A stretch of DNA of 64,000 nt from Trichoplax adhaerens (lineage: Eukaryota; Animalia; Placozoa), in NCBI RefSeq assembly GCF_000150275.1, contig NW_002060978.1:124001-188000 (forward strand), read 5' to 3'. Below the pieces are notes generated by a model. It ran no database searches. It was not told the origin of the DNA and was given only the letters and a program-made list of their open reading frames with translations. Shown piece after piece: positions 27,995-42,010 of the stretch. Position 1 is the stretch's first letter, and every line of letters begins with the position of its first letter. The translations under genes were made by a program, and so were the position numbers.

Positions 27995-29019
27995 AAGTAG
28001 CAAAGTAAGGTTTACTATTTATCAATTATGTAATATTCTGGATAAGAAATAAAAACGATAGTGGTGTATAAATCACTTGGAGTTTTAAGAATGGAAATTT
28101 TCAATTTTATTTCAATACATTAATGTATAGGTGAAGGGAGGAATCTTTCCTTCATTCGCTACAGCGATAAAGTATATTACGTCAGTAAGAAGAAGATGTA
28201 CACAATAACTTATTTGCTTTTAATGATGATTCAAATATAAGATTCATGCATAACCTTATATTGATAGTGTGAATATCACTCTTTTACACATAAAACTACT
28301 TTATAACTCTTCTTGGCTTGCAAACTTGTTATTGTACAATGTGTTCTTTGAAATTTGACTGCTATAGCTGGTACTTGTATATATTGATGTGTTTATGAAA
28401 GTTATAACATAAATGTATAGTATATTAACATATACATAGTACATATATATATTCAGATATTTGATCTAACATTATACAGCAAATAGATGTAGCTAGCTTA
28501 ACTAGCTAGCTTACATAGCCATTTGCAGAATTATGATTTTCGAACAGTACCTTCGATACATTGACTGCGTAATTTTCTTTAATCACTTTTTTTGAATCTT
28601 GATTTTAAATTAAATAGATTTCACTCATGTAAATGGTTAAATAGATAGTTAAACAGATAATTGCCAGTAATAACTTAAATTATGAATATTTTATCATATA
28701 CATTACTAGGATAACGTTATGCAGCCATCAATTGCAACTGAGTTTAAGTGAAATGAAAACCACGAAGCAGACTGCTATTTCATGGCGGCTAATTGATTGT
28801 AGTTAAACAAATAAAACTCCTTGTACATGCTTAATTTGGTGCTATAAGTCATTTTATCGTGATTGTAGAAACTAGCACAACCCATGGAAATTCTGTGGAA
28901 TAGTATAATTTTAATTAATAGAGTAATCGCATTAATACGATTTGATAAATTATGCGTGCTTTGATTCTGATGTTGTTGAAGTTAGTCATCTCCAAGCAAA
29001 GTAAAAATTGTTACTATGG

Positions 29020-29800
29020 CCAACGTAACAGAGCTGGAAATTAGCTATCAGCTACATATACTATACCTGTCAGATTTTAGTTAAACTTCTACCCAAAGAT
29101 AGCATGTAGCATAGTTGTAGTAAAGAAGAAAAATGAAAATATTCGTGGAACTTTACATTTAAAATGTATCTATCCTTGCAATTATGAAGATTGTGTAGCT
29201 GAGGTATAAAATGCTAAGCAGTGTATAATCGAACCGAATCGAATTCATGGATATTACTGGATAAGAAGAATAGTTTATTCCTAGAACTTTATACTTAAAA
29301 ATGGTGCCATCGTTATGATTATGATTACTGTGTAACAAAGCTGTAGAATATCATGAAGTGAAATCGAATCGAATGTATAGATATTAAACCATAAGAAGAG
29401 TAATTATAAGTATAACTTTATTCGTAAAGATGTACGCTGTGCAGTAGCTTTTTTTGTAATTATAATTATAGATCTTGTATAAAAAAGCTATGGAATTTTG
29501 ACAAGCGAAATCGAATTTATAGATATTACGGTGTAACAAGAGTCACTATTAGTAAAGCGTTATGCTTCAAAATGTAATCATCCTTTTAAACGTAGATTTT
29601 ACTTAAGAAAAGCTATGGAATATTGACAAACAAAATCGAATCGAATCTATAGAAATTTCTGGGCATGAAAGGTCATTAATTGTAGAAACTATTCGTAGAA
29701 CTTGATTAGGAGCGCAGTTATTTTGACAATTATGGATAAATTATCATAAAATCATGGAATATTGATGTTACGGTGAATCCCGAGAATCAGTTACTCCCAA
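29020..29800. repeat. Degenerate tandem array, ~125-145 bp unit, ~5-6 copies
   Basis: aagct(a)tggaatatt...aatcgaatcgaat.tatagatatta...taagaaga..aactttat near 29230, 29362, 29508 and 29633. Confidence 0.75.
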
Positions 29801-31451
29801 TAGTATTTTCAGTCTACACAAAAATGGAGTGATTATTTTGACAAAATGTGGGTACTTGGCAATGGCTTACAATTTAGATTTTCAGAAATTAGACAGTTTA
29901 CATTAATGCTAATAAAACAAAAAGCTTGCGCTTAGCATATAATTACAGATTTCTATAGTTATGAAGCTATTTACAGGGTATGCTGATAGATCATTTGATG
30001 GCAATCGCTGTCTACCTCTATCAGAAACACCCTCATCTATTAAAATGAATGATTTCGATTACGCGCTCATGTAGTATACGAGTATGCATATATAGATGTA
30101 TATGACATATGCAGTACAAACATGGACTAGATCCTGAATAAACTAATAACTTCATCCATGTTTAGTATTAAATGTAATAATATATAATGCATATCAACAA
30201 CTGTATTTCTGTCTTTGAAACAGAAATCATGCGAGTAATTATTGCTGAAGTATATACCTATTTGCATTAATAATTGTTCACAAAGCTACCGCAAAATTCG
30301 CCTTTAGCTGATCTTCGAGCTACAGTATAAACAATGTATTACTTATTCTAACTTTCTTATAAACTATGAGCAGTATCCAATACAGCATGACAATTTAAAT
30401 GGGGTACATGTAAACGATTAGACAGTCAGTATTTAAAATTATTATAAAGTTACATTTAGTATCTATCCAGCTTTTACCTTATTCCTAATAACGTACGCAA
30501 TAATAGTCCGATGCTCCAACAGATAGCAATAAATAAGTGAAAGTAAAAATGGACTAGTAAATGTTAATGCCTTGGTGTAACATTTTCAAATCAATAAAGC
30601 AAAATAGTAAACATCTCCATGTACGAGTACGGTGCAAAAAGTTTTCATTTCAATTTCAGTAATAAATGATAGACAAGTTGAAAGTCACATCTTCTATTTG
30701 TAAATGTGCTTGTGTAGCGAATACGCTAAGAAAATAACTCTAGAATGTATACAATAACTTTATGACTTTAAATAATAATATTAAATTGCATATAGGTCTA
30801 CCTTGCTAGATCGGATAGACTAGCCATGACAAGGAATCTTATTTTACAAATTTTTGCTTGAGAACTTGTCATACAATCGATTTTAAAAATTACCGATATA
30901 GCTGAAACTTTGTATATATATATAATATAAATAGAACTTCAATGTGATACCATATAAGCGTACAATTTGTTTTAAAATAGATGTAATCTATATAGACAAT
31001 AATGTTACTGTAGTTCCAATGACAATAGAGTCTATCTTAGAGTCAATTACAACACCTCTTATTCAGCAACATCTAGAATTTGATTACATTTAGTAACAAA
31101 TCAATGTCCCTCATGCCATTGGATGTAAGTAGCTACAAGTCAATGATTGCAGCAATTAAAATAGTGATTATTATAGCTGAAACATGAATAATATATCGAG
31201 TAATTTTTATGTGAAGCAATTATAATTATTCAATGAATTAATGATAAAATAGCATGTATTATCAGGAGGAAGGTTACGGACTGCTACATCGTAGATCACT
31301 GGGTGCGCCGTATAATGTATCGTTCGCCGATGATCAATTGTATAGCATATGATTGATTGTGAGTGCTGCAATATCCACTTTGTCAATATCACAGATTTGT
31401 GCTTGTGCTAGAATTGATACATTGATAATAATACTACTGGGTTGTGCAGTA

Positions 31452-34439
31452 CTAGGTATGAGAGATTACTAGCCAAGCCATGACGAAGTAAAATAAAAAG
31501 ATTGGATAGATAGCCAATGCTTTTCTATCGGATAGCTGTGTGTCAGCTAGAAATGCCGTTGATGCTAAATAAAGTGCGTCAATAAAACTTTGATTAGGAG
31601 CGGTTATAGCAACATTGTGAATGCAAAAGAGATCCCCAGAAACTTAATATCAGCATTTTCTACATTTCAATTGATGACATACTGGTACAGGAGTATGAAT
31701 AATAGACTCACCAAATGTTGACCAGCAAAATCCCAAAATGACTAAGCAAAATCGAAGAACAAACAATCCACTTGTATGTGGAAGCATAAGTACAATTCGA
31801 CAGCCAATCAGTGCTAGTACAAGAGGAAACATACAATAACCTAATACGCACAGACTTTGAAATAATGATCTAGAATATGAAAAAAATTGTATCATGTATT
31901 AACGATATACATCTATCCAGTGGTTATTCGAAAAAAATGATGTAGTCCAATTCTTGCTTAGCTAATATGTAGAGGCGGTTAAAAAATTAGCTGTAAGCTT
32001 ACATTCTCCCACCAAGTAATTGACTGTTGATAGTTACAATTCCAGCTCCACACCAAAAGATGACAAATACTTCAGCAAATTGTGGTCCTCCATCGTTAAC
32101 GTTATCAGCTTTGTTACCTTGTAACAGCCTACGAAATGCCAAGTTAAATAATATCTATTACAGTCGTTGCAAGGCTGCTGACTTAACACAATGACAGTAT
32201 TGTCAAGATACGCGTACATGCTACCGTATATACAAGTACAGTACAACAGTATTGTGATACATTAACAGGGTTAAAATGCATGAAATACCATTTGACAATC
32301 CTAACAAACTAACATAGCGAAAATGATTGTATCCAAATTGTCGGTTTCATAACTCAGACAATACTTACAACGCCATAGCCCCACATAAGATTAAAGGTCC
32401 CCATAAGTCCCCTAAAAAATTAATAAAGCAGCAGCAATAATATCAGTTGTCATTGCAATACATTGGTTTACGTTTCCTTGACCAATAAATGACTTTCATT
32501 TATCTACAGGTGAATCCCATGTAACATATGAAATACATCATGTTGGTAAAGTTAGGATATACGAGTGTGTTTACAATTTAGCAACTGTACCAATATAGTT
32601 TGGTCCCACCAATGTTATAGAGGTAGAATACGAACTTACTTCTACTACTGTGACATGGTCAACTCGATTGATTGCAGTTGATCCATCATAATACTGACAA
32701 AGTTACGATCTATGCTTAGTACCAATATAGTTTGGCATCCCCAATGTTATAGAGGTAGAATACGAACTTACTTCTCCTACTGTAACATGGTCAACTTGAT
32801 TGATTGCAGTTGATCCATCATAATACTGACAAAGTTATGATCTATGCTTAGTAGCAATATGGTTTGGTACCACCAATATTATAGAGGTAGAATACGAACT
32901 TCTTCACTACTGTAATTTGGTCAACTCGATTGATTGCAGTTGATCCATCATAATACTAATAAAACTTATGATGTATGCTTAGTACCAATATAGTTTGGTA
33001 CCACCAATACTATAGAGGTAGAATACGAATTTACTTCTACTACTGTAACATGGTCAACTCAATTGATTGCAGTTAATGCATTATTATACTGATAAGGTTA
33101 TGATCTATGCTTACCATTTTGCAATTGTGCTCATTTATTTTGGCAACATGAATGTTGTAGTGGTATTATACGAATTATTTCTACTACTTGCAGTTTATCC
33201 ATCATCATGGTAGAAAAAGTATGATCTATGTTTATAATTTTTCGACTGAGCCCATTCATTTTGGCAAACACGCATGTTGTCGTAGCATAATACCAAGTTA
33301 CTTTCTACTGCTGTAACAGGATCAACTTGATTGATTGTTTGATCTTTACCAATCACTCTTAATTTCTCAAGTTTGTCAATGACACTATGTACTATGTTAA
33401 GTTTGGGCTTAATGTAAGAATTGCGGTGATATTGACCTTAAAGTGGCCGTATACGCATATGGAAGGGTTGGCAGTACGATACGTAGAAAGAAATAGTCTG
33501 TCGTACTTACAATTTCGCAAGAGGGAAATTTTCTGCTTGACGTAAAAGACGTGGAGAAATTTTTGGCCAATGGATTTCAGATCTCTTAGCTGTAAATGGA
33601 AAGGGTATAGTTAATACCTTGTTATCATGACTATTGGGATGGTATGATAGATCTATTGTATGTATCGCTGGTGAAGGAGAACATGTCCTGCTACTACTGT
33701 ATGGTCAATGGCTACGGGTACTGATTGGTGGCCGCTTTTCATTTCTGTATTATTTCGCCGTATGGAACCAACTGAGTGGACTACTTACTGCAGATCACCA
33801 TCCAAACTGATAGAAATGATTCGATTCTACTCTATATAATCTATCTGATGGAGATGATACGCGTCTATCTTGTTGTGGTAATGAAAATGAACACAGATCG
33901 TTGATGATACAGTCTACCCTTGTTGGCATGCTATTCCTCTTGGCTATGGTATGGATTGCCAGTATTTAAAAAAGAGGAAGAAATTGGAATGACGACCTTT
34001 CACCGTCAACTAGAGCAAATGATCAATCGGCTGTATTCCAGTGGAAAGACTGTCCTATGGATACTACAGAGGCAAACTCTTTTTCTATTACCAAGGACTA
34101 TAGACTGCCGATACTGCAGTACTGAATTATTCCCGATTGGGTGTTCTACAAGCCTATCCTATCCAGACAGAATGACTGTCAATGGCCAAAGCACGTTGAA
34201 GGAGTTTTACTACATAGTCAAGGAATTTTAATCGATCCATTGCAAGAAATAGTCGACTTGAATGCAGCTCTTTTCTTCCATCCATAAACTGTACTTACGA
34301 GTGTTTGCGATACTGGTTCGTCGATGGTGTCGAAATGCGATTCATCGACTTGATGATCACCATGGACACGTTGACTTTCTTCGTCTTCATCGCTATCACT
34401 ATGATCAAAACGCGGACTAACCGGTCTTGGTGATGCCAT
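31452..34439 (-). CDS. YIPF6: Yip1 domain family member 6 (Golgi membrane protein), 6 exons
   Basis: Exons 34439-34299, 33589-33511, 32411-32369, 32128-32003, 31869-31712 and 31564-31452, all GT-AG and in frame. Motifs TIDEPVSQTLLRDLKSIGQKF, LLRNWDLWGPLILC, GPQFAEVFVIFW, NSQLLGG, SLFQSLCVLGYC and RKALAIYPIFLFYF. Confidence 0.93.
32500..33345. repeat. Young 132-bp tandem minisatellite in YIPF6 intron 2
   Basis: Four near-identical units start at 32588, 32720, 32852 and 32983 (taccaatatagtttgg...agaggtagaatacgaac...gatctatgctta). Diverged units flank both sides. Confidence 0.95.
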
Positions 34440-36549
34440 TGGCACGACGTGAATGATCAATTACGTTGAAGGATTGAAGAATACCACTCGAATTTGCCTT
34501 CCTCGCACTTTGCTACCAATGGCTTGATTTTGGATCAAGAAGGAGGCGAAAGATGGCAAGAGGGGAACTGGAGCCACAGCCTTTGGACGTCCAGTCGGTA
34601 TTCCAAATTGCTACATAGGACGTCGTGTCTGAATCCGCTTAATCCCTTACTAGTGCTAGTATAGGGCGATCATGTGGACGTGAAGCAGAAGCGACTCAAT
34701 ACCCTTACAACGCTGATCTGGTCTGGCAATGAAGAAATCCGAGTTCGCACATGCGCAATGCAAAGCCTAATGGAGAATGTCCAATTGTCCATGTACATTT
34801 TACAATGTACAGTATGGCAGAGTGAACTTTTGCCACGGTGGCAACTTAGCCATACTGTACAGATCAGCTTACAGTACACAGTACAGTACTGTACAGTACA
34901 ATACAGTATGTACTGTATTGTTTGTACTGTACTCTGTACTGTACAGGACTGACTGAGAGTACCATCCTACAGTACATGGATGACAGTACAACGTGATCCT
35001 ACTGTACAGTATTCGTTATTACAATTTTTGCATCAATTTGTTCAAACTGGATCGCACGCAAATGCATGCCTTTAATACGTATCAGGTAACTTTCTATAAT
35101 AAGAGACCTATGTGTATTGGAAGGTTTATAACGAATGGTCTTTTTTAGAACGTTTTACTCCTAGTTTATACTGTGTGATTCAAATGCAATGGAAGAAAAC
35201 GCATCACATTGTACTGTACTTGAAACTAAGAAATGGCTGAGATGACGTAATCGATCTGACTATGGATCACACTTTCCAGTACAGTACAATGTACTGTACA
35301 CTGTAGACTACAGTACTGTGTACTATTCTGTTCAGTGTGCACTGTGTGCAGGCGACTGGTCAGTGGTCACCCTACAGTATGTCTATGTACTGTTTCATAC
35401 CTATACCAACATGGCATACAGTACACTGTCTTAGTATGTTTGTTGCACAGTCCGATGGACATGCCTGTAAAATCCTGAAGGAAATGAAGCCGTCAATAGC
35501 AGGAACAGTACTCAGAGCTAATTGGTTATGACGGTCATTTTGACCATCATGGATCGACTGACTCTACGAATTACATTGTACAGTACAGTACTGTACCTGT
35601 AATGGATCCCATTTTACAGTACAGTACACTGTACTGTACTACTGTACGTACTGTATACTGTACTTGAAAGAGAGAAAGGATTGATAGAGAGAGTGGACGT
35701 ACAGTACAGTACAGTACTATAGTCGATGCAACCCAATGAATTCCATTTTACAGTACTGTACTGTACACTGTCGAGTGTACTGTATACTGTACACTGTACA
35801 CTGTTTACAGTATAGTACTGTAGATTGTACTGTACACTGTACTGTACAGTACATGAAAGGGAGAAAGGATTGATAGAGAGAGTGGACGTACAGTACAGTA
35901 CAGTACTATAGTCGATGCAACCCAATGAATTCCATTTTACAGTACTGTACTGTACACTGTCGAGTGTACTGTATACTGTACACTGTACTGTACACTGTTT
36001 ACAGTATAGTACTGTAGATTGTACTGTACAGTACACTGTACTGTACACTGTAGATTGTACAGTACATGAAAGGGAGAAAGGATTGATAGAGTGACGTACT
36101 GTACAGTACAGTACTGTTAGTCGAGGCGAACAATGAATCCCATTTTACAGTACTGTACACTGTCGAGTTACACTGTATACTGTACACTGTACACTGTAAA
36201 ATCCTGAAGGAAATGAAACCATAAACAGCTGGAACAGTACTCTGAGCTCATTAGTCATTATGGCCATTCTGACTATGTTGGATCGATTGACTCTATGCTA
36301 ACCCGAGCTTACCCCGGTACCTCTTGATTGATTGATTTATTTGTTTATTAGAATATCGTATCAGCCAAGACAAAACTATTGTCAATAGTTGAGTTTACGA
36401 TTGTAGGTCCGAGTTTGCTTGTGGCTTGAAAAGGGATTCTTAATATTGATCTTGTCCTTGGTTTTGCCCCTATCCCCTCCCATTGGAACCATTGAAAGGT
36501 TGTGTCTCTCTGCTGCTGACTGCCATTGATTGATTGCACGGAAAGAAGG
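34440..36549. promoter_or_regulatory. Divergent YIPF6/GNPDA promoter interval
   Basis: Head-to-head start codons at 34439 (-) and 36550 (+). Contains an NRF1-like GCACATGCGC (34747-34756), the palindrome TTGCCACgGTGGCAA (~34830-34844) and a CRE-like TGACGTAA (~35243). Motif function is inferred. Confidence 0.6.
34790..36200. repeat. TACAG/CTGTA self-complementary microsatellite field with three ~190-213 bp composite units
   Basis: Dense tacag/ctgta runs. The non-microsatellite core gaaag(a/g)gagaaaggattgatagagag...caatgaat(t/c)ccattttacagtac occurs at about 35666, 35855 and 36068. Confidence 0.92.
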
Positions 36550-38745
36550 ATGAGATTGGTTATTTTAGACGATTATGACAAAGCCAGTTTATGGGCTGCT
36601 AAGTATATTATGAATGCCATCAATGGATTCAAACCCTCTCAAACCAAATCCAATTTCGTCTTGGGATTACCAACAGGTAATTCACTATTGAATTTGTCTC
36701 TTCCATTTTCCTATACAGTGCAAGTGTCAAGGATGCATGATAGACAGACCGCGAGCTCGGTCCCCCAAAATGCTACTTGTTAGAAGTAGCTTTGGAGGAT
36801 GATGATGGGAGTTGTGTCTTTATTCCATTCAAGACTTGTTCGATCGATCAAACATCTCTGTCAAGACAGTACTAACTAAAGAATACCTTGCACCAGTGGA
36901 GAGGCCTAAAGTTCACGACCTTTTTTGTGCAGTCTAGGTTATGATTGATAGTAATAGACGATAAAAGCCATCATCATTATTCTCCTAGCCATCTAAAACG
37001 GGACTAGCATTCTTTGCCTTGATGAGAGAGATGTCACTGATTGAACCTATTGTGTACGGTATAAAATTGAATCCAGTGTCGATCCTCTAGGTTTAGCCAG
37101 TGGCCTAGAGTACGATAGCTTAAATACAACAAATCGCTGCAAAATCATGGGACAGTGTATAACTTGAATGAGGTAGGCTATCAGAGCCCTCTCAATGCTG
37201 TCCTCAAACAACTGATCGGTCAAGTCTTTTCATTTCGTTATCTGTAGTTGACTTTGACATAGCCCTTCCATCATAACGATAGTACTGGACGGATAACACC
37301 TAGCAATCGACACCCTTTGCCTTGTCAACAATAACCTTTGTTAAGCATCCAACATCAAAGTAGATAAGTTGAACTGGAGAATCGAAGATGAGTGTACAGT
37401 ATATCAGTCAAATGACACAGAGGATGATTTGAACATCCCATCATTGAAAAGACTCCGTTCAATAATATCGCCATGTTGAACGCCATAAAGAAATAGGCAT
37501 GCTCATCATTGATCATCGTGTCTGATTACGTGTCCTTCATTTGATAGGTAGCTCACCACTTGGAACATACAAATACTTAATACAATTTTTCAAGGAAGGT
37601 ATGGTATCATTCAAGAATGTCATCACCTTTAATATGGACGAATATGTCGGCTTACCTCGGGATCATTGCCAAAGTTATCACACTTATATGTGGGACAATT
37701 TCTTCAAGCACATCGATATCAATCCTGCCAACGTCCATATCCCTGATGGAAATGCTCCTGATCTTATCGTCGAGTGCAACAATTACGAAAAAGCAATTGA
37801 TCAAGCGGGTGGTATCGATCTCTTTCTTGGAGGTGATTGACTTATACCTTAAATTTTATTTTCAATCAACGCAACATCTCAGTCAGTAGTAACGTCTTTT
37901 CCACAGGCAGTAGAAGCGGACTCGATCATCATTAGAATGAATCGATGGTTGTTTAGTGATGCATGCAGTTAGGGACCACATAGTCGTAGTCCATAGATAA
38001 TCATAAAGTGATACATTACAGTGTGGCTACGTACAGTATATATTGTACAACAGGCAGTAGTCAATCATGGATAGAATAGCTTAGTAGTGTGGGTAATATG
38101 CTGTTTAACGTGTATTTTTATGCTAGCCATATCTTACCTGTTTTCCCTATAATGATATAGGAATTGGCACTGATGGCCACATTGCTTTCAATGAGCCTGG
38201 ATCTTCTCTGGCATCGAAAACTAGATTAAAAAGCCTAGCTGCCGATACGATCGCGTCCAATGCTCGCTTCTTCGAAGGAGATATACAGAAAGTTCCCAAG
38301 ATGGCAATAACCGTTGGGGTTAAAACGGTTATGAGTGCCAATGAGGTAGTAACTAGACTAACTGGATTCAACGAAAATAGTTTCAAAAATGCTACTGCTG
38401 TAATTTTAGCTTAGATCAACGACTAACTGGCCAAAATTTTCAATTCTAAAATCTTTCAGTATGTCGCGCTATTTCGTTTTGTCTTATTTTATCCCTTTCT
38501 CCTAGGTCATGATAATTATATGTGGAGGTCATAAATCATTCGCATTGCACATGGCTATAGAGGAAGGCGTTAGCCATATGTGGACAGTATCTGCTTTTCA
38601 ACAGCATCCCCGCTGTACATTTGTGGTTGATGAAGATGCAACCTTAGAACTGAAAGTGAAAACGGTTAAATATTTCAAAGGATTGATGGAAGTGCATAAC
38701 AAGCTGGTGGAACCCCGAGTACCTTCTAGTTTTACCGCTCCTTAA
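36550..38745 (+). CDS. GNPDA1: Glucosamine-6-phosphate deaminase (GNPDA1/2, NagB family), 4 exons
   Basis: Exons 36550-36676, 37548-37832, 38161-38345 and 38506-38745. Motifs FVLGLPTGSSPLG, TFNMDEYVGLPRDH, GGIGTDGHIAFNEPGSSL and MWTVSAFQQHP. Confidence 0.96.
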
Positions 38746-40049
38746 GATAACTCATCTTGTTCCCTGTTACTTTGACCTTTCAACATAAAAGTAGTCAGTA
38801 ACTCAAAATGACAAATTAATTAATTATTATAATTATTTATACAATCTACCCTTTACTAACCTTTCATTGCGTTATCGATATACAGGGCATACTATGTCTC
38901 TGGCTTAGTCTTGCGTATTTTGCACTAACCAAAAGTCATTGTGTTTCTAAAGTGTTTCTAAAATTGCTAATATAGCAAAAATTGGTGCATTTTTCTTTCA
39001 TTTAGCTCTCGAGTCATTCACGTTATCTACTGACTGTATCCTATGTGTATTTGTTGAAGTAGGACCGCTTTCGTTCGGTTATAAACTGTACTTTAGCTAC
39101 AAATTGCAAAAGCTCTTTTTGCTATTATTCGTCCGAATCATATTGAACCTTATTTCTAGTAATTCCCTAGTCAACTAAAGGAGTGAGTTACTAAAATTCG
39201 GTTGGTAGCTTAATTAATATGATTCAATACGTGTATTTAATTAAACATAGTAACAATACTAAATATAAATTCGTCACGAGTTTTGTTAATCAACTAAAAT
39301 AAAGTATTTTGCTGATACTGTTTCACGTCAGCATCTTTTTTTTTTTCTGGAGATGTACATTAACCGGCTCTTTCCTTTGGTAGATTTTGTTTTAATTTGA
39401 TCCAATCTGTAGTATAATTCTTAAAGGCAGTTTATGATACATGGACAGCTACTTTCGTTGGTTAATGGTATGAGTAAATATGTTAAGATTTATCATTGAA
39501 AAAGCCAAACTGTATGAGATCGATTGGTATGAATTGGATAAGCTTAAATCATGTGCAGTGTTGACCATATTTATACGCAGGAGTATTCATGTTCAGCCCG
39601 TCAAAAAGAAAGCTTGTGTTGGTATATGCACAATCGATCTCACCTACCAATGTACGCTACATTATCATACCGATTTTGGACACAGTGCGCGTTACGGAGT
39701 AGGCCTGGATTAGTTACCATCATGCTGTGTACGAAGACTTTTCAAGTTGCTGCTGCTGTAAATATCTCCGTTCATGATCTCTTTGGAGATTAGAGAATAT
39801 CAAATGGTGTTGCTATCAAGGCTGAGATTCGATAATGTACTCGTGACTCCGAACATTACATTAATCACCGCATTACTGTTAAAGCAGTAGAGCAATGTGA
39901 TTAGTAATAATATCTTACTTGCAAACCATGAAATTGAGCCTTGTTTTAAAATTCCTTACAATCACAAATTCTATCCAAACTCGATCAAAGTACAGTATAA
40001 CTGCATTGTAAATATACCGCAATTATAGTAAGGATAGCATTTACGATGT

Positions 40050-42010
40050 GAGCTAACCGCCTCTATAAGCATGGCTACAAAGTGCTAGAAAATATCCAAT
40101 GATGCGATATCTTTTCTAAGCTTAAGAATCGATATTGGAGACTCAGTATCACACTATTCCGATATTATTGGATCTACGGGTATACAGGAATAGATCATCA
40201 GTAATACTGATTTCTTAAAGATTAAATTATGTGTTGAAACAAGTCATGTTTAAGATCACAAAACCGGGTATAATCACATCTTTACGACACAATATACTAC
40301 TCTACAATTAGATTTATATACAATCTAGGCTCAATACAATAGAGGAAAATTTGTGTGAATTTGTACAGTACACATGAAATCGGGCTGTATTTTCCCTTTC
40401 ACAGACAACATATCCCTCATGACGATCTATATTTATTCCAGTGAATTTTGACAGTTTGGGGGCTAGCCGCTACTGCTAGCATATGATACTTGCTTATCGG
40501 ATCTGAAAGTTTAATCAATGCATTCTATCTCTGAATATCTGTACTTCACACATTAATCAGAGTGGTATTTGGTATGTATGAACACATATATATTCAACCA
40601 GTTAAGAATTAAAGTACAATCTAACTTATTGCATCATATTCTAAGCCGTAATAAGGATACGCATCTTATATATATATATATACACTATCTCCAAACACAT
40701 ATTAACCTACACAATACCAAGTAGGTTATAGCTCAAGTTTCAATTAAATATTTATATAGTAATATACGCGTATACATAGATATATAAATATTTCCAATTA
40801 GTTTTTCCATGATCACACAACGATACATTTATTACATATAGAGGTACTGTGCTCGTATGTAAATTTGAATAACGTTATTTAGTATAGGTTAGCCGCTACG
40901 ATACTACGGTAGAGTGCTAGCAAATACATCCTAAATGACATATAGATGTATGCAAATTAATGAATCATTGCAGTATTCCATATCGACAGAAATGGAATAG
41001 TATAGAAGTCGTTAACAGTAAAACAAAATTAATATCATGATAATGACAGTATGAATGGAACTGGGTTCTATTTTCCATTTCATAGACAATACTCGCGGTC
41101 ATTACTTTTGACAACCAAGGCTAGCCGCAGCGATACCGCAGACATAGCTGCAAAGTGCTAGTAAATATATCCTAAATTATATCTGCAGTATGCAGATTTG
41201 AATAAAATTATTCACTATAGTATTCCATATCTACAAAAATAGAATAGTATAAAAGTCGTCACAAAAAAAGAAATAATAGTATGCTTATGGCAGCATGAAT
41301 AGAACCGGATTCTATTTTATATTTCATAGATACTATAGCGATCATTACTTTTGACATCCTAGGTTAGCCGCTACGATACCACAGACATAGTTGAAGAGCG
41401 CTAGCAAATATATCCCTAAAGGTGTTCTTCTCTATTCTCTCGAGTGTTCTGTTTCAATAGCAGATAATCAGCGAGATGTAATGCAGTAATATCGGTAAAG
41501 TCGGATCAAGAAGCTAGGCCTTCCACGAAAGCTACTCTACATGACGCCAGGAAGCGGCATGGGCGATATCTATTCCTCCATTTTTCATTAACAAGATGAC
41601 CCATTCTTGTATGAGCCTTGTCGTTATGGCCCATTTCAGATAGTCTGTCTCTCATTTAAGAAAGACTATTAAAGTATCAAGATTAAAGCATGCCATGAAA
41701 GACTTTAAGGGGAATAGTTCATAGATGATGCTTTTTTTAAATGCCCAAGAACAAGTCTATTGATACTAAAAGTGCTTTTAGACTCCATACCAATACCTCG
41801 ATTGCCTTCATCCATCGCTAAATGGGATTGACATAAAGCTAGATGTATATTCAATCTACCGATTAAATCGTCTCATTAACTAGAGTAGAGAACACCATGA
41901 TGGAGTAAATTACTTTTGCAGTTTCAAAGGGGCTCACAACAGCTTTAGCACATGATATGATCGTCATCAACCGGCGACAAGTCAAGAGATTGATGCATTC
42001 TATCGTCTAG
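40050..42010. repeat. Tandem array, ~235-245 bp unit, with older diverged copies
   Basis: gg(t/c)tagccgc(t/a).cgatac...gctag.aaata at about 40887, 41119 and 41362. Related copies near 40050, 40460 and 41930. Confidence 0.8.

Noticed and set aside
32588-33114. CRISPR-like regular repeats (also 16.6-17.7, 20.4-21.1 and 35.6-36.2 kb)
   Set aside because: Whole units are homologous with no unique spacers, there are no cas genes, and the context is eukaryotic introns or intergenic DNA.
35614-36187. Cys/Tyr/Thr/Val-rich ORFs (144 aa and 62 aa; also 34674-34952 and 60826-61017)
   Set aside because: These are translations of the TACAG microsatellite, not credible proteins.
38147-38386. Antisense ORFs over exons (also 1756-2013, 57075-57257, 58863-59129 and 59980-60538)
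   Set aside because: They are shadows of real coding exons on the opposite strand.
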